A stretch of 64,000 nucleotides of DNA, taken from assembly GCA_965248755.1 (NCBI GenBank), contig OZ252149.1, positions 3,552,001 through 3,616,000 on the forward strand. Reading direction: 5' to 3'. A model generated the notes under the pieces. The model was not told where the DNA came from. It worked only from the letters and a program-made list of their open reading frames with translations, and did no database searches. A program made the translations under genes and the position numbers. Below, piece by piece: positions 29,524-39,180 of this stretch. Each line of letters begins with the position of its first letter. Within the stretch, counting starts at the first letter, position 1. This stretch comes from Candidatus Latescibacterota bacterium (GTDB lineage Bacteria; Latescibacterota; CBDEFO01).

Positions 29524-30561
29524 ATGAAAAATGTCAGTTCCCGGAAACTGGGTATCTGTGTGATCGGTCTGGGGACGGGTTATACCCATGCCGGGCATTT
29601 CAGTGATATGGAAGATGTGGACCTGTATGTCTATGATATTGATCCAGTCAAAGTTCAACGGGCACAACAAGAACTAAAGGTTGTTGGGGCCTTTTCTTCG
29701 ATTGACGAGGTTTTGGCATCGGATCTTATCGATGCCGTGGGTGTCGTGCTGCCACATCATCTGCACTGTCCCGTAGCTGTGCAGGCAGCGGAAGCAGGAA
29801 AGCACTGCATGACGGGAAAGCCGATGGCCCTGAACCTATCTGAAGCCGACACCATGTTAAAGGCTGCTGACCTGGCGGGAACTCGCCTGGCTGTCGCCGA
29901 GAACTATCAGTTCCAGCCTGACAGTACAGAGGCATATCGGCTGATCGATGCTGGTTTGATCGGCACAGTTTTTATGGTACGTGTGCATGAGTTATGGCGC
30001 ATAGGCCCCCGGCCGGATTCGTGGTGGTTTCAGCGTGAGACTGCCGGTGGAGGGAGCCTTATGAGCCTGGGTATACATTCGGTTCGGACGCTGCGGTCAC
30101 TGGCAGGTAGTCGAGCCGATCGAGTCTTCGCCCTCTTTGCCGACAGAGTAAGCCCAGAACTCTTTCTGGAAGGGGAAGACACTTCACTGCTTTCAGTAAA
30201 GTTTGAGAATGGGGTCATCGGGAATATGGTGATAAGTTGGGCGACTTCCCACCCCGGTCCTGGACCTCGTTTTGCAGTCTACGGTACGGATGGCTCGATT
30301 ATTTCGGAGGGTCAGGATGCCCTCTTAATCCATTCTCGTGGAATCGAGGGAGTTGGACCGGCCGAGGGTGAGTTGCGTATCGACCTGAGCGGACATCGGC
30401 ATCAGGACGGATTTGCGGTCGAGTGTCGGGAGTTTGTAGAATGGATCCAGACGGACAAAGAATCGCCGATAGACGCTCAAGAAGGAAGAAAGGATCTGGA
30501 GATTGTAGAAGCGGCCTATCGATCGGCAATGTCAGAGGAAGCGGTACGTCTCCCGTTGTAA
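29524..30561 (+). CDS. Gfo/Idh/MocA oxidoreductase
   Basis: VIGLG, PHHLH, GKHCMTGKPM (GKP in place of the usual EKP). Confidence 0.88.
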   Translation: MKNVSSRKLGICVIGLGTGYTHAGHFSDMEDVDLYVYDIDPVKVQRAQQELKVVGAFSSIDEVLASDLIDAVGVVLPHHLHCPVAVQAAEAGKHCMTGKPMALNLSEADTMLKAADLAGTRLAVAENYQFQPDSTEAYRLIDAGLIGTVFMVRVHELWRIGPRPDSWWFQRETAGGGSLMSLGIHSVRTLRSLAGSRADRVFALFADRVSPELFLEGEDTSLLSVKFENGVIGNMVISWATSHPGPGPRFAVYGTDGSIISEGQDALLIHSRGIEGVGPAEGELRIDLSGHRHQDGFAVECREFVEWIQTDKESPIDAQEGRKDLEIVEAAYRSAMSEEAVRLPL

Positions 30562-30678
30562 TGATCACTGACAAGAAGGATTGCAATTCCCTTGTTGACC
30601 ATCTGTTGGCCGCCTTCGGCTACTTCAGGATACCCGCAATCATGAAATCAATACTGTTCTCAGGTTCAGGAGGGAAGG

Positions 30679-31635
30679 ATGCCATTTCGGAGATTTGGAA
30701 AGACGGATTTAGAGGTATCGGAAATCTGTTTTGGTCCGATGCGGTTTGCGGCCACGGAGCCGGGTCATGACGACAGGTCAAATACCGGACAACGGGCTCT
30801 GGCAAGAGCCATCGAGCGGGGCGTTAATTTCATCCATTCGAGCTACGAGTACGGAACTCGTTGGGCAGTCGGACAGGTTCTGAAGGATCATCCGAAGCGG
30901 AAAGAGCTTCATCATATCATCAAAGTGCCGGTGCCCGATTTCGAAGACGGCGGAACATTTCATGCCGACAAGTTCAGATTGCGGGTAGAAGAAGCACTGC
31001 GGGATCTTCACGCGGATCGTATCGCGGTAGTGCAGCACTTGCAGAGATCCAATCCGAACACGGATGAACTCAGGGTTCCAAATTTAGAGGTAATTTGTGA
31101 GCCTATGCTGGAGATATTCGAGAAATTAAAAGGGGAAGGGAAGGTCGGTTACCTGACGACCTTCCCCTATACCCCTGGATTTGCATCCCCGGCTCTGAAA
31201 ACCGACACTTTCAGCGGGATGGTGGCTTACTACAACCCGATCGAAATGGAGATGGCCGAATTTTTCTCAGAGATGCAGGCGAAGGGCCATGGGTTCTTCT
31301 GTATTCGGCCCTTTATGGGCGGCTTGCTCACGGACAGGAGGGCCTCCCGCAGCCAATTGCCGAAAGGCGATCGTATGTTTACAGATAATTGGGATCATGC
31401 CTACGAAAGGTTGGAGATGTTAAAGGCTGCTTTTGCCGGGGAAAAAGAATCGTGGACCGAGTTCGCGATCAAATTTGCCCTGATCCATCCCATCGTAAGC
31501 AGTGTAATAGTAGGCCTGAATACTCCGGAGCAGGTGGACGAAGTCCTGGATGCGGCGGATGGAAATTATCCCGATCAAAAGATATTCCAGAAGGCGCTGG
31601 AGATTTTTAACGGGCATGGCCTTGTATCCAGCTAA
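30679..31635 (+). CDS. Aldo/keto reductase
   Basis: RRFGKTDLEVSEICFG, HPIVSSVIVG. Confidence 0.85.
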   Translation: MPFRRFGKTDLEVSEICFGPMRFAATEPGHDDRSNTGQRALARAIERGVNFIHSSYEYGTRWAVGQVLKDHPKRKELHHIIKVPVPDFEDGGTFHADKFRLRVEEALRDLHADRIAVVQHLQRSNPNTDELRVPNLEVICEPMLEIFEKLKGEGKVGYLTTFPYTPGFASPALKTDTFSGMVAYYNPIEMEMAEFFSEMQAKGHGFFCIRPFMGGLLTDRRASRSQLPKGDRMFTDNWDHAYERLEMLKAAFAGEKESWTEFAIKFALIHPIVSSVIVGLNTPEQVDEVLDAADGNYPDQKIFQKALEIFNGHGLVSS

Positions 31636-31966
31636 GTAGATTGACAAAGCCTCTGGGTTATATTAAGTTCGTAGAAAGGTGAAGTTACTTCAGGATTTTG
31701 CCCCTCATAATGACAAAAGCCCCTGCAACGTCATTTAACGCAAAGCGAAGCAATATCCCTTAGGTTGCCTCTCCCGCTATCCTGTCTAGTATCTTGGTTC
31801 TCTTTAATCTTGTCCACACTATTTTGACCCGACAGTTAAGCGCTTATAGGAAGCATCCATAACAGATTGCAACGAGACCTTTATAACAAACAGAGGTTGG
31901 CCTACCGCTGACAAATCCGCTAGTAGGCCGCAAACACAAACATAGACTTGGAACTGGAGGTTGATC

Positions 31967-32839
31967 ATGCAGACGGAGCTACCGAAAGAGGCCCTTGGGA
32001 GCACAGGGTTAGAAGTGACGCAGTTAGGCTACGGCGCGATGGCGATTTCACATACTGAAGATCCCGGGAGCATCATAAATGCAGTGCTTGACTCGGGCAT
32101 CAACTTCATCGACACCTCACCCGATTACGGCTTGAGCGAGGAGCGCATCGGCGCCCATATCAGCCATCGTCGCGAAGAATTCTATCTGGCCACTAAATGT
32201 GGGTGCAACATCGGCCCCGACGGGGCCCGGCAAGATCCTGGCCACCTGTGGACGGCAGATCGGCTGCAGAGGAACATTGACCAGAGCCTGGAGCGCATGA
32301 AGACCGACCATGTGGACGTGCTGCAGATGCACAACCCTTCTGTGGAGCAGGTAGAGCAGGGCGGACTCGTGCAGGCCCTTCAAGAGATTCGAGAGTCAGG
32401 GAAGACCCGGTTCATTGGTGTATCTTCCACGGCCCCGGATCTTCTGGCCTTTGCACGTATGGGCGTATTCGACACATTTCAGATTCCGTATTCTGCCCTG
32501 GAGCGCAGGCACGAGCAAATGATCCAGGAGGCGGCCGATCTAGGGGCTAGCATCATCATTCGCGGCGGCATCGCCAAGGGGCATAGCGAGAGCGGTGACC
32601 GCTGGACAAAGTGGGATCGGGCCGGGCTGAACGAGCTGATGGGCGATATGAATCGCTACGAGTTTGTGCTGCGCTTCACGCTTTCGCATCCGTCCTGCCA
32701 CACTACCATCGTGGGCACCGCCGATCTGGATCACCTTCAGGCTAACGTGGCGGCAGCCAAGGCCGGGGCGCTTCCGACCGATGTCTATGAGCAGGCCAAA
32801 GAGCGCCTGACTGAGATCGGGGAAGAGCCGGAGCTTTAG
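31967..32839 (+). CDS. Aldo/keto reductase (paralog of the 28326 gene)
   Basis: FIDTSPDYG, LATKCGC, FDTFQIPYSALER, shared with the 28326 gene. Confidence 0.92.
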   Translation: MQTELPKEALGSTGLEVTQLGYGAMAISHTEDPGSIINAVLDSGINFIDTSPDYGLSEERIGAHISHRREEFYLATKCGCNIGPDGARQDPGHLWTADRLQRNIDQSLERMKTDHVDVLQMHNPSVEQVEQGGLVQALQEIRESGKTRFIGVSSTAPDLLAFARMGVFDTFQIPYSALERRHEQMIQEAADLGASIIIRGGIAKGHSESGDRWTKWDRAGLNELMGDMNRYEFVLRFTLSHPSCHTTIVGTADLDHLQANVAAAKAGALPTDVYEQAKERLTEIGEEPEL

Positions 32840-32923
32840 GGTCCGCTGGTGATAGAAGCGGCCTGTCCGTCGGCAGGATCCGGGGACGCGATACGACTAC
32901 AATTATACGACTACATTTATAAG

Positions 32924-34300
32924 ATGAAATTGCACCTATTTGTTGCAGTTTGCTCTATTCTTTTGTCTACTCAAGGAGCTGCAGATATGGAGGCTGGCTA
33001 TAGAGATCGGGTACTTCCCTCGATGGATGGGGAGCCGATGTCGCTGGGACAGTACCGGGGCAGCAGGATTCTTCTGATGGATTTTGCCTCCTGGTGAGCG
33101 GGCTGCCGCAGGCACATACCAGGCTGGTATGGACAGGTGAAGCAACTGGTAGAGAACAGGCAGCTCGTCGTAGTGGGGCGCATCCAGGAACAGCATCCGG
33201 AGAGATGCCGCCTCTTTATGCAGTGGCAAGAGATGGACTGGCCGATTATGATCGATCCGTTGAACCTGCTGGAACTTACGGCTGTTCCCATTGTAACGGC
33301 CATTGATGAGTACGGAATAGGGCATGAGATTGCGCAGGAAAACTTTGAGGCGGAATTCATCCACAGGGATTTTGCGCCGCCTGAGCAACTTCAGGATCCT
33401 CTGGTAGCAGAAAGACCGGATCTGAACGTCCTGAAGGGCCAGACTGCTGCAGGTGGAGCTGAGACCTGGGGAGAGTACGGTGCAGCCCTTTATCTATGGG
33501 GAGGTATTGAGCGCATTGATGAGGCGGTGGAGGCCTTTCGGCAGGCTCTGGACCTGGAAGGAGGCGATGGGCGCTGGCACTTCCGCCTGGGGGTTTGCCT
33601 GCGGCGGCGCTATGAAAGTGAATACCGAAAGGCAAACGATTTTCAGGAGGCTGTGATAGAGTGGGGCCGTGCCCTGGAGCTGGACCCTAACCAGTATATC
33701 TGGAGACGGCGCATTCAGCAGTATGGCCCGCGTCTGGACAAGCCTTATCCGTTCTACGACTGGACAGAGCAGGCGCGAGAAGAAATCACGGGACGGGGTG
33801 AGGTCCCGGTGGAACTGACAGTTGAACCTGCCGGCGCCGAATATGCAGCGCCATTAGTAGATTTGGAGATCGGTGAATCAGCGGTGCAAAACCCCGATCC
33901 AGATGGCCGGATACGGCTGGATGAGGAGGGTCTTATTCAGATAGAAGTGGTCTCTGTGCCGGCGGTCATCCCACCGGGCGGCAGTGCACGGATACACGTG
34001 ATATTCCGTCCGAACCAGGCTGTAAAAGCTCACTGGAATAATGAAGTCGAAGACCTGAAACTATGGGTAGATCCCTTGCCTGGCTGGGAGCTGGAACAGA
34101 AGCTTCATATCGTAAAGAATCCATCTGAACCTGTAAGTCGTGAGACGCGCCGGCTGGATTTTGAACTGAGGTGTGCGTCAGAAACGCAGCCAGGAAAGGT
34201 GGCTCTGCCGGCGTACGCCCTCTACTTTGTGTGTGAAGATGTGGACGGAACTTGTCTGTTCAGGAGGCAGGATGTCAGAATACCGTTGCGGGTACGTTAA
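32924..34300 (+). CDS. Predicted selenoprotein: signal peptide + thioredoxin/TlpA-like UxxC domain + TPR + DsbD-N-like C-terminus
   Basis: ORFs 32849-33097 and 33137-34300 are in one frame. Read-through gives DFASW-U-AGC (TGA at 33095-33097). Confidence 0.82.
33098..33139 (+). promoter_or_regulatory. Bacterial SECIS-like hairpin
   Basis: CATACCA-GGC-TGGTATG (33115-33131), with a G-led apical loop about 24 nt after the UGA. Confidence 0.65.
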
Positions 34301-34341
34301 TAGATGGATTCACAAGCAACACATCGTGGTGGGGAGGAACT

Positions 34342-35265
34342 ATGACAACAGCAATTGAAAGACGCCCTTACGGCAGGACAGATGAGCATGTGAGTGTCGT
34401 GGTCCTGGGTGGCGGCTCTCTCGATAAGCACTCCTTTGCCGACGGCGTGGCCACAGTGCGCCGGGCGCTGGAGCTGGGCGTCAGCTATTTCGATACCTCT
34501 CCTTACTACGGCAGTGGACTATCGCAGGGAATCTATGGTGTGGCCCTGTAGGAACGAACGGAAGAGTATCTTCTGGCGACCAAGCTCGGATTTCTAGCCA
34601 GCCCGACCCGTTACCGTTCGCGTGACGCCCTGCGCACACAGCTTGATGAGAATCTGCGTTTACTGCGTCGTGACAGCGTGGGCACACTACAGGTGCACGA
34701 AGCCATGTTTCACTGCTGCTGGTCCGATGATGCTGCGCACAGCGCGCACGCACACATTCAACCTGAGTACGATTACGATTTTACCAGCGCGCCCATAATG
34801 CAGGTTCTAAGAGAAGCAAAAGCGCAAGGTTTATGTAGATTTATCGGGATCACGGGAAACAGTGCAGACCGAATTGCCCGTGTGCTGCGCCACGTGGAGG
34901 TGGATGCGTGTCTGGTCGCCTATAACTACTCGCTTCTGTCGCGGCAGGCGCGTCGGACAGCATTGCCTTTGGCTCGCGAAAAGGGAGTAGCTTTCATCGC
35001 AGCCGGGGTGATTGACTCCATCGGAGCTGATAAGGGGGAGAGTCCCGATGTCCGCTTGAACGACCTGCAGAAAGTCTCCGGCCTATCTCTGGTCGCTCTG
35101 ACGATCCGCTACTTGATAGCCGATCCAGCTATTACAACGATTCTGGTCGGCGCAGCGACGCCTGCCGAGATTGAAGAGAGCGTCGTCGCAGCCCAGGCTG
35201 GCGCACTTCCGCTTGACTTACATCAGGCCCTTGAAGAACTGGAAACGTCTCCTGACCCCGACTGA
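34342..35265 (+). pseudogene. Aldo/keto reductase with an in-frame TAG (34549-34551)
   Basis: YFDTSPYYG...GVAL*ERTEEYLLATKLG; the frame is continuous to 35265. Confidence 0.82.
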
Positions 35266-35329
35266 ACCCCCGATTGAATCTACCGGGGGGTCGGGGATCG
35301 TTTCCAGGAAAGATTGGGAGGAATTAATC

Positions 35330-36278
35330 CTGACAGCAGCAATTGAAAGACGCCCTTACGGCAGGACAGAGGAGCATGTGACTGTCGTGGGCCTGGGTGG
35401 CGGCTCTCTCGATATGCAATCCTTTGCCGACGGCGTGGCCACAGTGCACCGGGCGCTGGAGCTGGGCGTCAGGCTATTTCGATACCTCTCCGGCCTACTG
35501 CCAGGGGGCTTCACAGGTAATACTGGGCAACGGGCTGGAGGGGTGCACGGAGCCATACCTGCTGGCAACAAAGCTGGGCTACCTTGCCGCGCCGGAGGAT
35601 TTCCGATCATGGGATGCCCTCCGCGCCCAGCTCTGGGAGAACCTGCGTGCGCTCCGCCGTGACAGCGTGGACACGCTGCAGGTGCATGAGGCCGATTATC
35701 CCTGCTGGTGGTCCGAAGGCGCAACCGGACGCGTTCAACCTGAGGATGATTTCGATTTTGACAACGCCCCGGTCATGCAGGTTCTGAGAGAGGCGAAGGA
35801 GCAAGGCCTGTGTCGTTTCATCGGGATAACTGGAAACAGTGCTGACTCCGTTGCCCACGTCCTGCGACACGTGGAGGTTGACACCTGTCTGCCCGCCTTC
35901 AACTATGATATGATATGGCGGGGGACCCGCCGCCAGGCTTTACCGGTCGCGGTTGAGAAGGGGGTGACATTGATCCTGGGTGGTGCCTTTCAGAATGCGC
36001 TTCTGACGGAGGTTCATGCCGAGTGGCTGAGTTCTCCCCCGGATTCCTGGACGCCCGAGATTCTGAACCGTTTTGAGCGGCTCTATGCGCTACAGAAGGA
36101 CTGCGGTCTTTCGCTTGTGACCATGGCCGTGCGGTTTCTAATGGCGGACCCAGCGGTCACAACGATTCTGATAGGGGCTGCAACGCCTGCCGAGATCGAA
36201 GAGAGCGTAACTGCAGCGCAGGCTGGTCCTCTCCCGCCCGACCTGCATCAGGCTGTTGAAGAGCTGGGAGTTCCGTAG
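35330..36278 (+). pseudogene. Aldo/keto reductase, tandem paralog with a +1 frameshift (about 35472) and CTG at the start position
   Basis: GTCAGGCTAT versus GTCAGCTAT in the upstream paralog; 5' regions nearly identical. Confidence 0.82.
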
Positions 36279-36497
36279 GGAACTGCTGGATGCCGCTCAC
36301 CGATCTGTGGATGTCCGCTAAATTCCCGCCTCCACAACATAAACAAAGCGTGCTTATGAAGAAGCCAGCAGAAGCTGATCCCCGATAGATTTAATCGGGC
36401 TTCAATCGGGGACGTATTAAGCAGGAAGAGTCGTAGTGTTCCCTGGAAAGCAACTTCGATTAAGCAACGCTATTTGTTGGAGCCCTCTCTCCTCCCC

Positions 36498-37193
36498 TCA
36501 AATCTGTCCTGCACACCACTGAATGCCCCTTTCCACGATTTTGCGGAAATTCGGGTCCACGTATGTCTTATCATCGTGCCCCGACTGAAGGCAGAATACA
36601 CGGGATTCTTTGAAGGTTCTCACCCAGCCGATGGCTTTCATACTTTGAGGGTGATTGACAGCCAGCAAGATGTCGCTGTCTACCTCCGGTTCATTCATGA
36701 TATAGGTCTCGTCGGTCATCTCCCATGCTTCCAGCCCATGTGTGATGGGATGGTCGGGATTGGCGATCTCGACTTGCAGGTTCGGAACTATGTGAGCGCC
36801 GGAGAGTTCTCGATTCTGAATGCCGACCAGGTCTGACCAGAGGGGCCACGCCGTATAGGCCAGGAGAGCATGATGGTGGATGAAGATTCCCTGCGAGTTC
36901 TTACCGATCTGCTCCAATATGCCTTGTATTCTGCCTTCATAGCCTTTCCCCCCTTCGGCAGGCATGCTCTGAGGGTTGTAAATCTGCTTCCGATCCACTA
37001 TATCCGCAAAGAGAACGACATCATATTCGTCTCTCACGCGTCCGGCATCGTAGACATAATCTTCCACATGCTGAATATAGCAGTCGGCATCTGGAAGGCT
37101 TCGGAATACAGTGTGGAACCCAGGCACGTCGAAGGCATGTCCTCCTGTAACTACGGCAACGGTTGTCTTGTTTGTCTTTGGCAGGCTGCTCAT
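36498..37193 (-). CDS. ThuA-like domain protein
   Basis: VVTGGHAFD, HPITHGL..WEMTDETY, SRVFCLQSGHD. Confidence 0.85.
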   Translation of the reverse strand: MSSLPKTNKTTVAVVTGGHAFDVPGFHTVFRSLPDADCYIQHVEDYVYDAGRVRDEYDVVLFADIVDRKQIYNPQSMPAEGGKGYEGRIQGILEQIGKNSQGIFIHHHALLAYTAWPLWSDLVGIQNRELSGAHIVPNLQVEIANPDHPITHGLEAWEMTDETYIMNEPEVDSDILLAVNHPQSMKAIGWVRTFKESRVFCLQSGHDDKTYVDPNFRKIVERGIQWCAGQI

Positions 37194-37380
37194 GAGGACT
37201 CTCCTTAATCCGTTATTAGATCTATCGGGGGAAAGCAAGCCCGTAGTCAGCAGGTAGGTAGAGCTTCTACTCAAAGGGGGCGTATCTGGATCTCTTAAAG
37301 TAGCCCAGGAGGCAGCGAGGTTATTAAGCAACTGACCTGGAAGAAGCTGGTGATCAAGAGTAAGTTCTACAAGACATTGA

Positions 37381-37466
37381 AGATCAAGACCTTTAAAGGG
37401 TTAGAGGTCAGTTATGTAGCACCCTAACATGTTAGAGATCAAGACCTCCAACGAGTTAGAGATCAG
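37381..37466. repeat. 31-bp imperfect direct repeat
   Basis: AGATCAAGACCTTTAAAGGGTTAGAGGTCAG / AGATCAAGACCTCCAACGAGTTAGAGATCAG. Confidence 0.75.
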
Positions 37467-37557
37467 GGGTATATAAGTACTGACATATGATACAGCTTAA
37501 AGAAGCGTAACGTGCTTAACAAACGGGGGCTTGCGATTTTAGATGAAGGGGAAGCCT

Positions 37558-37656
37558 GTGCATACGGTGTAGACGGTGTATACCCTTACTATATGTTTGC
37601 TGTACAAAAACATTTTTTATATACAAACATAGTACATAGGTCTACACGGTCTACAC
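37558..37656. repeat. Inverted 9-bp iteron-like arrays flanking an AT-rich core
   Basis: GTGCATACG GTGTAGACG GTGTATACC ... GGTCTACAC GGTCTACAC. Confidence 0.75.
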
Positions 37657-37843
37657 ACTTTGGATGGCCTCTTCCCTTAAACCTGTTCCCAGGTAGTAAA
37701 GAGCGTCATTTTTTCTGACTTTCACGAACTTCTCCCCCAGCTACTCTGCAAATACGTTTTTGCTCTTTGCCCTGAGGTGATTTCTATCGCATCATTCCAC
37801 GTGTGCTCTGTACGCCGATCCGGGTTTCAGGCTGCGCTGGCTG

Positions 37844-39067
37844 TTACGTGTCCCAGCCTGAGATGAAGTTTTCGACACTTAAATCCGCCGGCACCTGGTT
37901 GAAGTAGTAACGCGTCGAATCGCCCTGGAAGCCGGGCGCCCACTGATCTTCTTCCGCCTGGAGGCTGTCGTCCACCGATTTGAACCGCTCCCATAGAATT
38001 TTGGCCTCTTCAGGCGAGAAGCGATCCGCGAGCAGCGCGCCCCACTGGAGGGTTATCGGATGCACGCTGGTAGCCCAGGTGCGCTCTTGCTCGGGCAGGC
38101 TGTCGAAGTCAGGGCGCTTGAGGTTGTTTATGCGCTTGGCGATCTTGCTCAGGAATATGGTCGACTGGCGCTTGCCCTTTTCGCCCCTGCCTGGGTGCAG
38201 CTTTTCGAGCCTGGCATGGTACACGGCGGCGCCTTTTTCAATGGCAGCGCGGAGCACGGATTCGGTGTGGCCCAGCATCTGCTCGCTGCGCTGGGCCCAG
38301 CGTTCCAAGGTCACCTGGGCTGGGGCAGACAGGTGTTCGAGGTAGCTCAGATTCGGGTAGTAGGTGAAGGTGGAAAAGCCGCCGTGGATGGTGCGCCGCA
38401 TCTTGGTGCTGTAGTTGCTGCCCCAGTGCAGGATGGGTAGGATGTAGACCACGCCGTCGCCGGCCGTGAGATGCGTCTGGACACCGCCGGGCAAGTTCAC
38501 GCGTGGGTCCTCGTTCAGCAGCCGGTCTTCCTGCTCTGTGTTGAAGCGGTTGTGACTGCCGGGCACCACCCACAGCACATCATCGTCGTAGAGGGGGATG
38601 TTCCACTGTACGTACCGGGGGCCATTCTCGATGATGTCCTCTGCGTAGCCCTGCAGCGGGGCGCTGTAGGGCGGATAGAAATCGCGGTGCCATCCCCGGT
38701 GGTTCGCCGTGCCGTGGTCGCGCGAAGGACTGCACATCAGCATCATCTCAGTGATCGCCGCATCCGCCACTCCCAGCAACTGGCTGCTGACACCTTGCGT
38801 GTTTTCGTGAAGCCAGACCTCGACAGTCTTGGCGGTCTGTGCATCTATCTGATCACTCAGGCTATGCAGGTTCAACCGCGGCTGGGCCGAGGTATCCCAC
38901 GCACCTCCGGGCGGATCGTCCGGGTTGCGTTCGCGCGCCCAGATCGCCTTCTGTTTTTCGACCATCATTTCGTAACTTGCGCGCAGCTCGTCCAGCTCGT
39001 CCGGCGGGATGACGTTGCGCAAGATGAGATACCCTTCTTTCAGGAATCGGTCTCGATCTACGTGCAT
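37844..39067 (-). CDS. Phytanoyl-CoA dioxygenase (PhyH)-family protein
   Basis: EGYLILRNVIP, WHRD, VVPGSH, AGDGVVY..ILHWG. Confidence 0.85.
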   Translation of the reverse strand: MHVDRDRFLKEGYLILRNVIPPDELDELRASYEMMVEKQKAIWARERNPDDPPGGAWDTSAQPRLNLHSLSDQIDAQTAKTVEVWLHENTQGVSSQLLGVADAAITEMMLMCSPSRDHGTANHRGWHRDFYPPYSAPLQGYAEDIIENGPRYVQWNIPLYDDDVLWVVPGSHNRFNTEQEDRLLNEDPRVNLPGGVQTHLTAGDGVVYILPILHWGSNYSTKMRRTIHGGFSTFTYYPNLSYLEHLSAPAQVTLERWAQRSEQMLGHTESVLRAAIEKGAAVYHARLEKLHPGRGEKGKRQSTIFLSKIAKRINNLKRPDFDSLPEQERTWATSVHPITLQWGALLADRFSPEEAKILWERFKSVDDSLQAEEDQWAPGFQGDSTRYYFNQVPADLSVENFISGWDT

Positions 39068-39180
39068 TCTACTGCCTCCTTAGCTAATATGTATTGGAAG
39101 ATTCAGGCGCGTCGGCCACTTGCGACTGGAACGTATCGCCACGTACCTAGCTATCGGGGCAGGCACGACGTACTGTCTCG

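Noticed and set aside
31820..31950. Additional attC/attI-like site (GTTAAGC, CCATAAC..., GCAAACACAAAC)
   Set aside because: The boxes are not complementary or properly spaced, and no cassette ORF is attached.
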